Origin: Hyaloraphidium curvatum SAG 235-1
Taxonomy: Eukaryota; Fungi; Monoblepharomycota
DNA: 64,000 bases
Assembly (NCBI GenBank): GCA_025558095.1
Contig: JAIVFI010000033.1
Coordinates: 372,001-436,000, forward strand
Direction of reading: 5' to 3'
How positions within the stretch are numbered: position 1 is the stretch's first letter; each line of letters opens with the position of its first letter. Position numbers and translations under genes: made by a program. The notes beneath the pieces were generated by a model that saw only the letters and a list, made by a program, of their open reading frames with translations, was not told the DNA's origin and made no database searches. Below are positions 21,846 through 33,578 of the stretch, piece after piece.

Positions 21846-23885
21846 TCATGGGCCCGCCCCAGTCTTTGCCATCCGTTTTGCCAGCAATTGCCGGAGCACA
21901 TGGAGCTCCTCCGCCGCTCTGCAGCCAAACTCGGCCTCCCCAATCTCGTCAACAAAGATGGCCATGCCAAAGTCGACGAAGAAGACGCGGCCGTCCGCGA
22001 CCCGCACGACGAGATTGCGAAGCGCAATATCTCCGTGAAGGACACCACACTTGTGCACCGCCTTCAGGGCGTACTTTGCGGAGGCCGCCAGCTCGGGCGT
22101 AACCAACTCTACTGGGTGGCCCACGTATTCCATCGCGAGTGCGTCGGCCATGCGCTCCACAATCTCGCCGTACCACAACAGGCGCGGAACAAACTCGCCC
22201 TGGATCGCCTCCAAACGGCGGTACGCCAGTTCCTCGCGCCGCAGCTCCTCCCGCAGCTCGGTCGGCGCCGCCAGGAGCTCTTCGTCGAGGTCCTCGCGCG
22301 GCAAGACGTAGGGAAGCGTTTTCACGACGACGTCCCACCCTTGGAGTTGCTGCCGGTACGTGGCACCCATTCGGCCTTGGGCCAGCAGTTCGGCGTCCCC
22401 GGGGAGCCGGCTCCAGGTGCACTCGACTTCGGAGGGGTGTGTCGCGGGTACTGCAAAGCGCAACGGGGCCCATAGGTCCTCCCACACGAGGGGCCGGAGG
22501 ATATAGGATCCGCTCTTGGTTGTTGGCTTGCCTTTGGAGGTCCCCCTGACGCCCTGTCCCTTGCTGGTGTTGCTGCGATCGCCGTCCCGGCTGCGTTTTG
22601 AGCCTGCAAGGGAATTGCCCTGGCAACTCCCATCCTCATCCGCCTCCAACCGCCGCTTGAAGGTCTCCTTGAACGTATCCGGCATGGCTTCAATGTACCA
22701 CTTCCCAAAGAACGACAGGACAAAGCGAATCACGATCTCCCATTGCGACCACATCGGTCGACACGCAAGCGGCGGATCTGACGGCTGCGTAGGCACGTCC
22801 GGTGGATTGCCCGCGTCACCAGTATGCTGAGCGGGGCCCCGCCAGGCCCATGCAAACTTCTTTGTGATTCGCACGGTCGGCCGTGTTTCACCCCCCTCAG
22901 CTGCCTCCCGCACGTCGACGAATCCGTATGTCATGTTGTTGCCGGTGCAAATGGCGATCGGCCTCGTTCGAGACAGGACAGCGTAGGAGGCGACTGGCGC
23001 AACGGGGTTGTACGAGGGATCAAAGTACGGCGACTTCAAGTAGTCCAGGAGATCGCCGCCATACGCAGCATTCTTTTCGCGCGACTCATCATCAGTCTCC
23101 GACCGTTTGCTTTTGGGGCAGAGGACGTCGGGCTTGAGCTCGATGACACACCGCATGCTGCGCATCGCAACCGCATCGTTCACGTCTCGTTGCGGGCCAC
23201 CCTCTTCGTCCAAAAAGTCCGGCAAGGACGGCCTCGAGCTAGTCCCACTGTCCTGCAACAACCACGATTCGATGGCACGGTCGTATCGCGCGAATGCGGC
23301 ATACTGCGGAGGGAACCGAACGATCGGGTCCGAGGCGCCAGCCGTGGAAACTTCAAGGCGCATGTGCCCGCCCGCTGGGTACCGATGGGGATCGCCGCCG
23401 CTGTTGCTCATGATGTGGAGCAGCGCAAACCAGACCGACTGCGTGAGGACGTTGTCCAGTTCGACCTCTGCCTTGACGCGTTGGGGAAGCACGAAGTCCC
23501 CGGTAAAAGTCCGCGCGATCGTGTCTCGCGGGCGCGACGCCATGATCAGATCCAGCAGTCGCGTTCTCCTACCACCGTGAAGCACGGTGAGGTCCGCGGC
23601 GGAGTCGAGCGCCGTGGCGAACTCGGCGTCGGGCCACGCGTCCACGTCCCGCGGCTCCAGCGGCCACCACCTGCGGCCGGACCGAGTGGATCGAGTCGAC
23701 TCGCCGGGCCGCAGCGCGTCGCCCCACAGAGGCCGGAGGGGCGCGCGAAACACGGGCGCGCCGCGGATGAGGTCGGCGAGCGGGGTGCCGTCGGCCGCTG
23801 CGGCCTGCGCGAGCCTCTCTGCGGCCAACGCGCGGCCGTCGGCGTCGGCAAGACGCTGGCGCAGCCGCTCCAGCTCCTCAGCCTC
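21846..23885 (-). CDS. Crinkler(CR)-type effector: coiled-coil header + PD-(D/E)xK nuclease-like + protein kinase-like
   Basis: LPDF...CVIELKP; kinase VVVK, LAMEYVG, VLHGDIALRN, FVDFGMA; intronless 660-aa ORF; exact start uncertain. Confidence 0.7.
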   Translation of the reverse strand, partial: EAEELERLRQRLADADGRALAAERLAQAAAADGTPLADLIRGAPVFRAPLRPLWGDALRPGESTRSTRSGRRWWPLEPRDVDAWPDAEFATALDSAADLTVLHGGRRTRLLDLIMASRPRDTIARTFTGDFVLPQRVKAEVELDNVLTQSVWFALLHIMSNSGGDPHRYPAGGHMRLEVSTAGASDPIVRFPPQYAAFARYDRAIESWLLQDSGTSSRPSLPDFLDEEGGPQRDVNDAVAMRSMRCVIELKPDVLCPKSKRSETDDESREKNAAYGGDLLDYLKSPYFDPSYNPVAPVASYAVLSRTRPIAICTGNNMTYGFVDVREAAEGGETRPTVRITKKFAWAWRGPAQHTGDAGNPPDVPTQPSDPPLACRPMWSQWEIVIRFVLSFFGKWYIEAMPDTFKETFKRRLEADEDGSCQGNSLAGSKRSRDGDRSNTSKGQGVRGTSKGKPTTKSGSYILRPLVWEDLWAPLRFAVPATHPSEVECTWSRLPGDAELLAQGRMGATYRQQLQGWDVVVKTLPYVLPREDLDEELLAAPTELREELRREELAYRRLEAIQGEFVPRLLWYGEIVERMADALAMEYVGHPVELVTPELAASAKYALKAVHKCGVLHGDIALRNLVVRVADGRVFFVDFGMAIFVDEIGEAEFGCRAAEELHVLRQLLAKRMAKTGAGP

Positions 23886-23949
23886 CGTGCATCGTCACTA
23901 AGTTTCATGTCGCCGGTGACCGCGGTCCCGGAATTCTTGCTCCATATCC

Positions 23950-24991
23950 ATGTTCCTCCCGGGGGAAGCCGAGGACCCCAGGGATCGGCTGCTGCGATTA
24001 TGTTCTGCGGATCAGAAAGCTAGTCGCGGGTCCGGGGACCTCGGCGAGAACCTCGGCGTTGCGCGGACAGCTCGGACCGTGTTCCCCACGCGACCCGCCA
24101 TCGCAGGGGCGCTGAGGCCAAAGCAGCAGCGATTGACGCTTGGGTGCAGAATATTGGACGATGTTCTAGGCGGAGGCCTTCTCGCGGGGACCGTGACGGA
24201 GCTGTACGGGGAAGCAGGGACGGGCAAGACTCACCTCGCGCTGCAGCTCTGCCTCGCGGTCCAGCTCCCGCGCGCGGCTGGCGGTCTTGACGGAGGTGCG
24301 ACGCGGCGCTAGGCCGCTGGAGACCGGCTCACGCCCGTTCGGCATTCCAGATGCCATCGTTGTCTCGACGGAACCGCCCTTCAACGCGGCCAAGCTGTTT
24401 TCCATCCTGCAGGGGCACGAGGGGTTTTCCGCCCTTCGAGACGAGGACGGCGACCCCGGCTCGCGCATTTATGTCATCGTGGTCGACGATCTGGACACCC
24501 AGCACCACATCCTAAAGTACCAGCTACCCCACCTGCTCACGACGGTGCAGTACTCTCGGGTGCGATTGCTCGTGCTGGACTCCATCACGGCGAACTTTCG
24601 CGGGGAGCATTCCGCAGGGCTGAAAGATCTTGCCACACGGGGTACGAAGCTGTTTGAGCTCGGGAGTAGCCTGAAGACACTGGCGGCCCGGTTCGGCCTG
24701 TGCGTCGTCGTCACCAACCAAGTCACTGGGAGCGTCAAAAGCGAGGACGCGCCGGACAACGGGCCCGACGTGAAGCCAAGCCTGGGGCTCTCGTGGGGCA
24801 ACGTCTTGAACACGAGGCTGCGGTTGAGCAAACGGCGGTGGATGTCGGCGGCGGCGACGGACCCGGAGATGCCGACGGCGGCCGCAACCGTGGAGCGGCG
24901 GCTGGAGGTGGACTTTGCACCGCACTTGGCAAAAGGCAGCGGCTGCACCTTCGAGATCTACGGTGGCGGAGTGCGCGGGCTTCCAGACTAG
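23950..24991 (+). CDS. XRCC3: RAD51 paralog XRCC3/Rad57-like
   Basis: [23 protein letters not shown] (Walker A), [20 protein letters not shown] (Walker B), VVTNQV, PSLGLSW; one intron at ~24296-24350. Confidence 0.85.
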
Positions 24992-25023
24992 GGTGTGGAG
25001 TGCTTCGAAATTGCCATTCTGTG

Positions 25024-27561
25024 TCATGTGGCTTCTTCGTCGGCCAGCGAACAAAGATGACGCATCGTAGGCCTTCCATGCGGACAGTTCCAAGGCAGTC
25101 GCATCTTCCCCATGTTGCGAACAATCTGCAAGAAAGCAAGTTAGATTCGTCCTTGACAGTACGAGCCTTGCAACTACGCACCTTCTCCATGGCGGACCGC
25201 GGTAACGAATCGCCGATCATCACCGACTTCCTGCACGCTGCGGACTACGATCAGTGTACCCAACTCTGGCCTCAAATGGGATACCGACCTTTCGACGCCA
25301 AGATGCGCTCAATCTTGGTCGGTCGCACCGTCTCCTTGCCCCCGCCGGAATCCGCCAGCCTGGACACAAGATCCTCAAGATCTGCGGCGTGGAAATGAGG
25401 TCCAAGCCATCCAGTCCGCCGTGGGCGTCCGTACCTGGCAGTCCCAGAGCGATCCCGCCGAAACTGGGAACCCCGCGCAACTGGAAACGCTTCGACGGAT
25501 CCGCCGATTCGTCCACGCTGATCTGAAAGCCGTTGCGCTGGATCAGGTCCAGGTGCTGCACAACCACCAGCTGCTCCGTGCTCGAAAGGGAGAGAGGCTG
25601 GGGTACAAGCATCATCTGCACGTTCGGCGCGAGCTCCGCGCCCAGCTGCTCGTAGTTGTACTTTTCGTCGCTCGCGTGCTGGTCCACGATGAAAAGGTCC
25701 GCAAAGGATGCGCCGGACGCCGGATCCGTCTTGAGGAGCTTGACGATGATGAAGCCCAGGTTGAACTGCCCGATGACCGCCATGGACGAAAAGTCGTCCT
25801 TGGAGATGTGCTTGGTGAGGATCTCCTCCGACGCCCGAGAGTCGGCGGTGATCTCAGACTTGTCCAGAATGGCATCCGCCGCAACCTCCGCACGCACCGC
25901 GGCCCGGGCCTGCCTCGCCAAGCGAATCCGATCCAGAGAGCATTCAAGGCGCGAAACAGAGTTCTGCAGGTGCATGGATCCCGGTACTGTCCAAGAAACC
26001 GTCGGACCGGCCCCCCGGACCTCCTCCACCTCCGCCAAATGACGCTTCCTCTTCTGCCCGGGCCGAGGGTGATCGATCCGCATCGATCCGGCGATGGTGT
26101 CAGCCAGTTCGACATTGTCCTCGTCGAGGATGACTACGAAGGGGTCCTCGCCAGGTTTGGTCGGTTCGATTGTCCGGATCTTTGGAGCCGTCGGCGTGGG
26201 CGCCTTGCTCGAGCCCCCGGACCTCGCCGAGCCTTTCGTCGGAGTCCCCGACTTGGTCGAGCTTGCCGACCGCTCCGCAGCTTTGGACCCCGCGGATACC
26301 GGTGGCGAAACAGTCGGCGGCGGAGGCCGACCCGAGCCGGCGCCCGGCTGCGGGGTGTCCGCCGCGCCAACGAGCTCCTTGGCAGCCGGAAACGCCGGGC
26401 GCGAAGGGTTCGAGCCGGAACCGTGGGCCTGCGTCGACTGGTACTCCGTCCCGGACCGCTCAAAGACGTCTGTCATGGCGGCCTTGAGCGCCTCCACCAG
26501 CGTCGTCTCGTCGTGGAGCAGTATCGTCCGTTTGTCGGGGGACACGTTGACGTCGTAGCTGTCCGGAGGCAGCACGACGTCGAGAAAGACCATGGGGTAC
26601 TGCTGCTGGCTAAACAGCCTGTAGCTCTCGTTGATCGCGCGCGAGAACTTTGGCAGCTCGCACGGCCGCCTGTTGACCCAGAAAAAGACCCGGTCCGAGG
26701 TGTTCCGACCGCTGCCGGCCGTGACCTTGGACACGAAACCAACGACGGAAGCCCCGTTCTCCCCCAGGGGTGCGTCCACTGCGACCAGTTTGTCCGCGAC
26801 GCCGGCGCCGAACACGGCGGCGATGTTGTCCCGCATGGTCCTCGATGCCTGCGTCGAAAAGACCGGTGCGGGCCGCTCCTTTCCGATCTGGTTGGAGCAC
26901 ATGAAGCGCACGTCCGTCCGTATCAGCGCGTAGGCCTGTATGAGGGCCACCGTCTTTGCGTACTCCCGTTTCGCGTTGCGCTTGAACTCCGCCAGCCGCA
27001 CCGGGAACGGCTTGAAGAGCTCCTTGAACGACACGGTGGTGCCCTTGTCCCGCGCCAGGGGCGTCTTGGACGCCAGGTTCCCCTGCTGGTCGTAGTCCAG
27101 CTTGTGCCCCAGCGGCGGGTCCGTCGCCGTGGTCACCGACAGCTCCGACATGGAGGCGAGGGCACTGAGGGCCTCCCCCCGGAACCCGTACGACTCGACC
27201 TTCTCGACGTCCTCGAATTCGCGGATCTTGGAGGTCGAGCTGCGCGCCGCGAGCAGCTCGTGGTCCGCCACGGCGATCCCGCCGCCGTTGTCGCGCACCT
27301 CCACCCCGCCGAGGCCGTGGTCGCGGAAGCGGACCTCGATGGTGGTCGCGCCCGCATCGATGCTGTTCTCGATGAGCTCCTTGACGGCGCTCTCGAGCGA
27401 CACGATGACTGCGCGGCGGGCAAAGCGCCGCGTGAGACGGGAGTCCGCAGCGGGCCGCGGGCACGCGACCCACCCTGGGCCGAGGACAGGCGGTTGATCG
27501 TCTCCTTGGCAAGCTTCTGCATGCCTTTGGAGGAGGCTGCCGGGCCCCCGCTGCCCGACAT
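25024..27561 (-). CDS. PMS2: MutL-alpha endonuclease subunit (yeast Pms1 / human PMS2)
   Basis: [64 protein letters not shown]. Confidence 0.95.
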
Positions 27562-27838
27562 CGCGGTCAGCATTTGTGCATCTGGGACCCGGGTACCCGC
27601 ATCAAACAGCTTGGCGACGCCGCCATCTGATCTCATGTTCTGACAGAACGAAGAAATGGAGCCACGATGCGGCTGCCAAAATCAACGGAATAGCATCAAG
27701 ACGATCGGTACATACATCGACAAAGGAAGCAGTCTATAGAGGCCATGTCATGGGCCAGTATTGGCCGGTTCCAATCAAAGCACTGTGCCAGCAGCGAGCA
27801 AGGTAGCCGAGAAGCGTGCTCGTCCTCCGCGATCAGCA

Positions 27839-28597
27839 CTATGCGACCGCATCGGACCCTGGCGCCGGCACCAGGTCCGCGCTCCCGCGGTGCACGATCC
27901 TGACGCTGAAGCTCGAGCTCCTGTACTCGATCGGCGGCGGGCGCACTCGCTCGTTCGGGTCCCAGGGCTCCTCCTCCGCCTCGGGCGGCGGCGGCGTCGG
28001 CTCCCGCGGGGGCGCCCTGCGCGAGGGATCGAACAGGTCCAGCCGGTCCGTGACGTCGGAAAACTTCTCCTGCTCCTCCATGACCCGCTTCTCGCTGGGC
28101 CTCACGCCGTCCGGGATGGGCACGGAGCCGTCGAGCGACTCGAAGTGGTCGGCGAGTGTCCGAACGTGCGAAGGCGGGGGCGGCGGGCTCTCCGGCTCCT
28201 TCGTGTAGGCTCTCTGCCTCCGCAGCGGCTTTGCGGCGGCAACGACGCGGCGGAGGTTGCGGGGCGTCGTCGGCGGCTGCGGGAACGGGGTCGCGGGCTC
28301 CTCGGCCGTTTCGGGGTTCGGCGGGGGAATTGCGGCCGCCCGTTCTCCGACGCCGAGATTGCCGCCCACGGCCGCCTTACTCGCTACGAGCGAGATCGGC
28401 GACTCGGGCGGCGTCGCGAGGTGCGATGGCCGCGCGTTCTCCAACGAAGCGTCCTCGACCAGAGTCTCGTCCGTGTCTGCCGACCCGCGCGAGGAGCGGA
28501 TCCCGGCCGGCTCCACACCGACGTGTGCGGAGAGAACCGGAAAGTCGGCGAGGAGGTCGCGGAGCAGCTCGAGATCGCCACTCCCCTCGTCGGCCAT
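27839..28597 (-). CDS. Hypothetical Pro/Glu-rich protein
   Basis: Long ORF with coding-like composition; no recognisable domain. Confidence 0.45.
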   Translation of the reverse strand: MADEGSGDLELLRDLLADFPVLSAHVGVEPAGIRSSRGSADTDETLVEDASLENARPSHLATPPESPISLVASKAAVGGNLGVGERAAAIPPPNPETAEEPATPFPQPPTTPRNLRRVVAAAKPLRRQRAYTKEPESPPPPPSHVRTLADHFESLDGSVPIPDGVRPSEKRVMEEQEKFSDVTDRLDLFDPSRRAPPREPTPPPPEAEEEPWDPNERVRPPPIEYRSSSFSVRIVHRGSADLVPAPGSDAVA

Positions 28598-29053
28598 CGC
28601 GGGTTGAGTGGGGGATTGCGAGTTCGCCGGCAAGCGCGGCCGTTGCCGCATCCCCGGTGGCCGCCCACCGATTCCGAATCGAGATTCCCGTGCTATCTAC
28701 TCAATGAGACGTGGGACCTATTGAAGATGTCCGCTGTTGGGGGGATCGAGGGAACGATTCACCCGGAACGCCTCTTCGCCTCGATCACATCCACCCCTGT
28801 AGCACCCTGCCGCTCATCGCAGTTCCAGAGAAGTGGCGATACTCTCGGAGTAGATCGACACTTTGAGCTTACGACAGCCTCGCATATGCGAGCCGTGACT
28901 CAAGTGGCGGGTGATCTTGATCGCGGTGTCCCGCGGCGCCTATCAGACTCCGGCCGCCGACGCAACGCCCCCTTCCCACCATGGGGCCTCCATCGCTTGC
29001 CGGCAACGACCGGCGATAGCTCTCGGATTCCCCGGTAGCGCGGCCGCGGCGCG

Positions 29054-30928
29054 ATGGCCACGGCGGTGCCGATCCCGGGGCGCGGCGCGGGGCCGCCGGG
29101 CGGCGGCGCCTCGGTGGGCGACTCGCTGCTGCGCAAGGCGCTGAGCGGCGCGGCCGGCTCGCCGTCGCAGTCGCCGCGGTCGCCGGCGGCGTCGCCCGCG
29201 CGGCACCTCGCCGCCGGCTCGCTCGGCTCCGCGGCGTCGAAGTCGGCGTCGCCGCGCGACTCGGCGTCCCTCCGCTCGGTGCCCGCCTCGCTGCAGTCCA
29301 AGCCCGGCGCGCCCTCGCCCGCAGTGTACCTGCACATGCAGCGCCGCCAGCTGCTGCGCCGCATGTGCTCGCTCATCCTCACGTACAACCGCCGCCACGA
29401 GTTCGGCTTGCCCGTCAACATCGCGCTGCACCGGGACTACCCGAAGGCCATCTCGTCGGCTCGCTCGCTGCTCTCGCATCTGAGCCCGCTGGAGGCGGCC
29501 GGAGCGATCAAGCGGGTGCGTGGGCTGCCCCGCTCCCCATCTTGCCCAGCTGACGGAATCGCCCCTCCCACACCCAGTCCGGCCCGCGCTGCGAATGCCG
29601 CGCAGAGGAATGCGACGACGAGCCCGGCTCCGTCGACGGCATCACCCTCATCATGCACACCCTCGGCTTCCTCGACGCCCAGGGCCGCAAGGCTCCCGCG
29701 CGGCCCAGGCAGCCCGCGCCGCCGCGCTCGGAAACCTCCTCCGTGGACTCGGGCGTGGACCTCGACGAGGGGCCCATGGCGAGGGCATCCGCGGGCGTGA
29801 TACCCAACTCGGGCGGGCCGATGGTGCTCCCCAACTCGATAGACGGCGAGGTGTCGGACATCAGGCTCATCAGCGAGCTCGGCGTGGAGGGGCGCGTGCG
29901 GATGGGGCGGTTCCAGGCGGAACTCTTGGAGTGGAAGCGGCTCTCGGTCCGATTGGTGGCTCAAAGTGGGTTGCTCGATGCCGATGAGCGCGAACCTGCT
30001 CACGCGGTGGGCTCCCGCAGGAGCCGAGTCCATGAAGGGCCAGACGGGCATCACCACCACCAACAAGAACTTCCCGGCGTCCTGGAAGGCCGACTACAAG
30101 CGCTACAAGAAGATGCCGGCCAAGAACTTTGACCTGCTCCGGCTGCGCCCGCTCACCACGTCCGGGCCGTCGAGCCTGCGCAACAGCTGGGGCTCCGAGC
30201 CCGAGAACCCAATCTACCTCCAACCACAAGTCTCCTTCCGTGCGTCGCGCTTTCGTGGCCGACCCCGCACGTCGTCTCACGCGACCCGCTTAGGCAAATC
30301 CGAAATCATCACCATCCAGCTCGAATCCGACTCCCGCCGCTCCTTCCGCCTGGACCTCGAGGAGCTCCGCCGCTCCAGCAGCCCCTGGGCGCTCGCCCAG
30401 TCCGCCGCGGACGAGGCCATCCCGTCCTCGGTCTACTCCCTCATCATCGCCCGCGCCGAAGCCAACTTCGGCGTCCCCATCTCGCGCCTGAAGCTCAAGC
30501 GCGGCACCGCCATGATCTTTTCCAAGTCGCAGTTCGCGGACGAGGACACGCAGTTCCGGGACGGCGACGTGCTCGTCTGCCTCGAGGCCCGGCTGGCCAA
30601 GCAGGCGTCGACGCAGTCCCTGGGCCGCACCCCGTCGGGGCTCTCGCTCTCCACGAGCCTCGGGCGGGGATCGCTGTCCGACGGCAGGGGGTACATGACG
30701 GTGCCGGGGCCGTCGAAATCATCCTGCTCGCCCGATTCGCCGACGACGGGGGCGCCGGGCTCGCTGCCGTCGCAGCCGCGGGTCATTCACGGGTCGCTGG
30801 GCAGAGCGCAGTCGAAGGACCTCAAAGAGACCCCGCAGTCGCTTTCGAAATCGCCAAAGGGCTCGCTCCTTGGGAACTTGATATCACGTGGGTCTCGGCG
30901 CTTCACCTTCTCTCCAGACGGACGCTGA
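29054..30928 (+). CDS. Hypothetical multi-exon protein
   Basis: Successive plus-strand coding-like segments with GT-AG gaps (YLHMQRRQLLRRMCSLIL.., ELGVEGRVRMGRFQAELLEW, ITIQLESD..RSFRLDL). Confidence 0.55.
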
Positions 30929-31042
30929 ACCGATTCCGCGCACAGGCTTGTCAACCAACAAATAAATCAGTATTGGTGTACGAGCGCAGATGGAAATGAT
31001 GAACTGTACAGCATTGGCCACAACTACCGTGCGATCGCGCCC

Positions 31043-31600
31043 CTAGAACGCATATGACTGTTCCGGAGGTTCGACGAAGAAGTGCTGCCGCAGACCGTCA
31101 GACCGGTTCTCCCGGCGACCGCGAACCGCCCACCATGTAGCCCAGTATCGTCGAGTAGACCATCACGCCGCCGACAAAGGAGAGGATCATGGCCGTGAAG
31201 GTGATCTGTAGGCCGTTTGGACGCGTCGGCTTCGCTCTTCCTCCCTCCCGGCACGCGGAAACCCACGATCTGCGCGTGCGCGAGCACCACCGGCAGCCCG
31301 AAGCCCGACACCACGAAGATGGACGTGAGGAAGTAGCCCGTCTCCTCCAATCCCCTGTTCTCGTCGGCCCCCATCAGGTCGTCCCCACCCGCGCAGCGCT
31401 TCATGAGCGCGTTCGGGAACGGCGCGAGCACGTAGGTCAGCGCGACCAGGAGCGGGAGCCAGTTACTTCGGGGGCGTCAGCAATCGCTCCGAAGCACGAT
31501 CCGGGGCGGGGTACCTGTAGAGGGCGCAGGAGAGGATGACGAGGAGGACCCCGAGGGCGAGGAGGAAGGCGAGGCCGATAATGGTCTTCATGCCCGCCAT
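31043..31600 (-). CDS. VPS55: Vps55/LEPROT family membrane protein, 4 exons
   Basis: MAGMKTIIGLAFLLALGVLLVILSCALY|NWLPLLVALTYVLAPFPN..GYFLTSIFVVSGFGLPVVLAH. Confidence 0.92.
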
Positions 31601-31785
31601 GGCGGCGGCGGCGGCGCAGGGCCGGCGGACCGCACGTCGAGGGTGGAGCGATGCGCGCCTCGGAGGCGCGAGAAACTTTGTGGATCCGCGTCTCCGTGCA
31701 CGCGTGTGCGCGACGATGGCGTGCCTCGCCAAGTGCCTCGCCACCGAAGCCTGCACTGAAGCGTTGGTTTCCGCATTAGCGCCTA

Positions 31786-33336
31786 ATGGCTCAGAGCGCC
31801 ATACCGACGACTGAGGAGTACAATGCGCTTCTCAACGAACTACAAAGACTTAAAGACCTTGTGGCCGCAGAAACCCGCAGGGCGGACGCAGAGGCTCGCC
31901 GGGCGGCCGACGAGCGTCGCCGCGCCGGCCCGACGTTGGCACAGCTGGAACGCTTCCCGCCCCTAGTTCGGGATTCCACGAGCTCGTCGGGTCCCAGCAC
32001 TTCGATGCGCCGTCATTCCGCAGCGGCGACGACTGGAGGGAGCTTGGGACTCGTAAGCGTCGAATGGAGGCCCGCGGTGGTCCATCCGCTGCTTCTGAAG
32101 GAATCCCTGTACTACGGCACCGAGAGGGACGTTCAAGCTTTCGTGGAGGCCGTGCTCCTGAGCGCGGCAAACAGCCTCTTCGACGACGTGGACATCCGAA
32201 GAGAAGGGCATATTGGCGGGTTCCGGCCGAACATTTTTGTCGTCGTGAAGAAGGGGCCTGTTGTCTCGTGGCCTATCGGTGTCTGCGAGGTCAAGTTGCC
32301 GAGGTTGTCGAGCGAAGATGACGCAACCATGAACCCCGTCGCTATCGGGCAGCTTCACGATTACATGGCGCTCATGCGATCTGTGTACGGACTAGAAAGC
32401 GTTTTCGGCATTCTGACCGACTTTGAGAACTGGCGTATCTTCTGGGATCCGGCGACAAACGACGTCGCGACGGCCACTGACTTGGTACCAGCAATGGATG
32501 CAACTGGTATAGCCGTGGAGTGGAAACGGCCGTCACAACTAGACACGGTGCCCGACTTCACAAAGGGGATCGACGTGTTTGTGGACTTGGATGCGGACCC
32601 AACGGTGGCCCCGAGAAAGCTCCATGCCACTCGAACTTTTAGAATTTACGCTGAGAAGGCCACTTTCCTTGACAATCTCGGCACAACCCTGTGCAAAATG
32701 TACCACGCTCGGCGGTTGCAGCCCAAGTTTGCCCAACCGGGTTCTGCTCACTTCTGTGTGACTTCATTCACCAAGCACTTTCTTCTTGCGGTGTTGCCGA
32801 CGGCTTTCGCACTGAAGGGGGGAAGTATGCTTCAGTTCGTGGCGCGGAACAGGCAGATTGCATCGTCAAGGATTTCTTTCTATCTGCTTTACCTCCTCGG
32901 AAAGGGACGCGACGGAGAAGCTTGGTTTGCTGCGACAAAGGACGGACGGACGTGCGTGGTGAAGTTTCGGCGGACAGATGCGGATGCGGAACGTGAGGCC
33001 GGACGGTGGCAGGAGATTTGGGACATGCCGGCCTATTGGGCCCGTTTGGGAGGGGGGTCATGCGTTGTGATGCCGTACCTTCGTCCCGTTCAGAGCGACG
33101 AATGGAACGATGAGGGCGTTGCGTGTGCGGTGCAGCAGGCGCTTGTGCAGATGGTTCAAAGAGGCTTTCGGCACGGGGATGTTTTGCGGCGGCACGTCGG
33201 CTTGTACAAGCGCCAGGACCGTCTTTATGCAGCTCTTTTCGATTTGTCGGACGTCACCAGCGTTGCACCTGAGGAGCGACCGACCGCAGCAGCCGCTATG
33301 ATGAGTTCTCTGCTGGCTGAGCGAAGCGTGGCGTAG
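31786..33336 (+). CDS. Crinkler(CR)-type effector: coiled-coil header + REase-like + divergent kinase-like
   Basis: RPNIF...GVCEVK, GQLHDYM, FGILTDFENWRIFW; LLGKGRDG, CVVK, VMPY, HGDV, FDL; intronless. Confidence 0.7.
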   Translation: MAQSAIPTTEEYNALLNELQRLKDLVAAETRRADAEARRAADERRRAGPTLAQLERFPPLVRDSTSSSGPSTSMRRHSAAATTGGSLGLVSVEWRPAVVHPLLLKESLYYGTERDVQAFVEAVLLSAANSLFDDVDIRREGHIGGFRPNIFVVVKKGPVVSWPIGVCEVKLPRLSSEDDATMNPVAIGQLHDYMALMRSVYGLESVFGILTDFENWRIFWDPATNDVATATDLVPAMDATGIAVEWKRPSQLDTVPDFTKGIDVFVDLDADPTVAPRKLHATRTFRIYAEKATFLDNLGTTLCKMYHARRLQPKFAQPGSAHFCVTSFTKHFLLAVLPTAFALKGGSMLQFVARNRQIASSRISFYLLYLLGKGRDGEAWFAATKDGRTCVVKFRRTDADAEREAGRWQEIWDMPAYWARLGGGSCVVMPYLRPVQSDEWNDEGVACAVQQALVQMVQRGFRHGDVLRRHVGLYKRQDRLYAALFDLSDVTSVAPEERPTAAAAMMSSLLAERSVA

Positions 33337-33578
33337 GCTCAGCGACCTTTGTCAGTTCATTGCGCTGATGACGTGGAGAGCATGTTGGCCTTTGTGACTT
33401 CATTCCGCGGTAGAGCTCGTGACTGTGCAAACCTCGTGCCGCACAGATCATGACCATCACGTCACAAGGAGCATGCCAGCAGGTCCCTGTATTGGTGGTA
33501 TCCGGGACTCCTCCAACGCAGACGAATTACATACGAAATAGACGATAGATGCCACCCGCCCCCCCAAAGGCCTCAGTC

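Noticed and set aside
25421-27643. Very long antisense or overlapping ORFs (also 41671-43437, 53704-55251, and the 5' parts of 47652 and 50484)
   Set aside because: These are shadows of GC-rich real genes on the opposite strand.
33365-33440. CTGATGA hammerhead core
   Set aside because: No stem II/GAAA arrangement follows.
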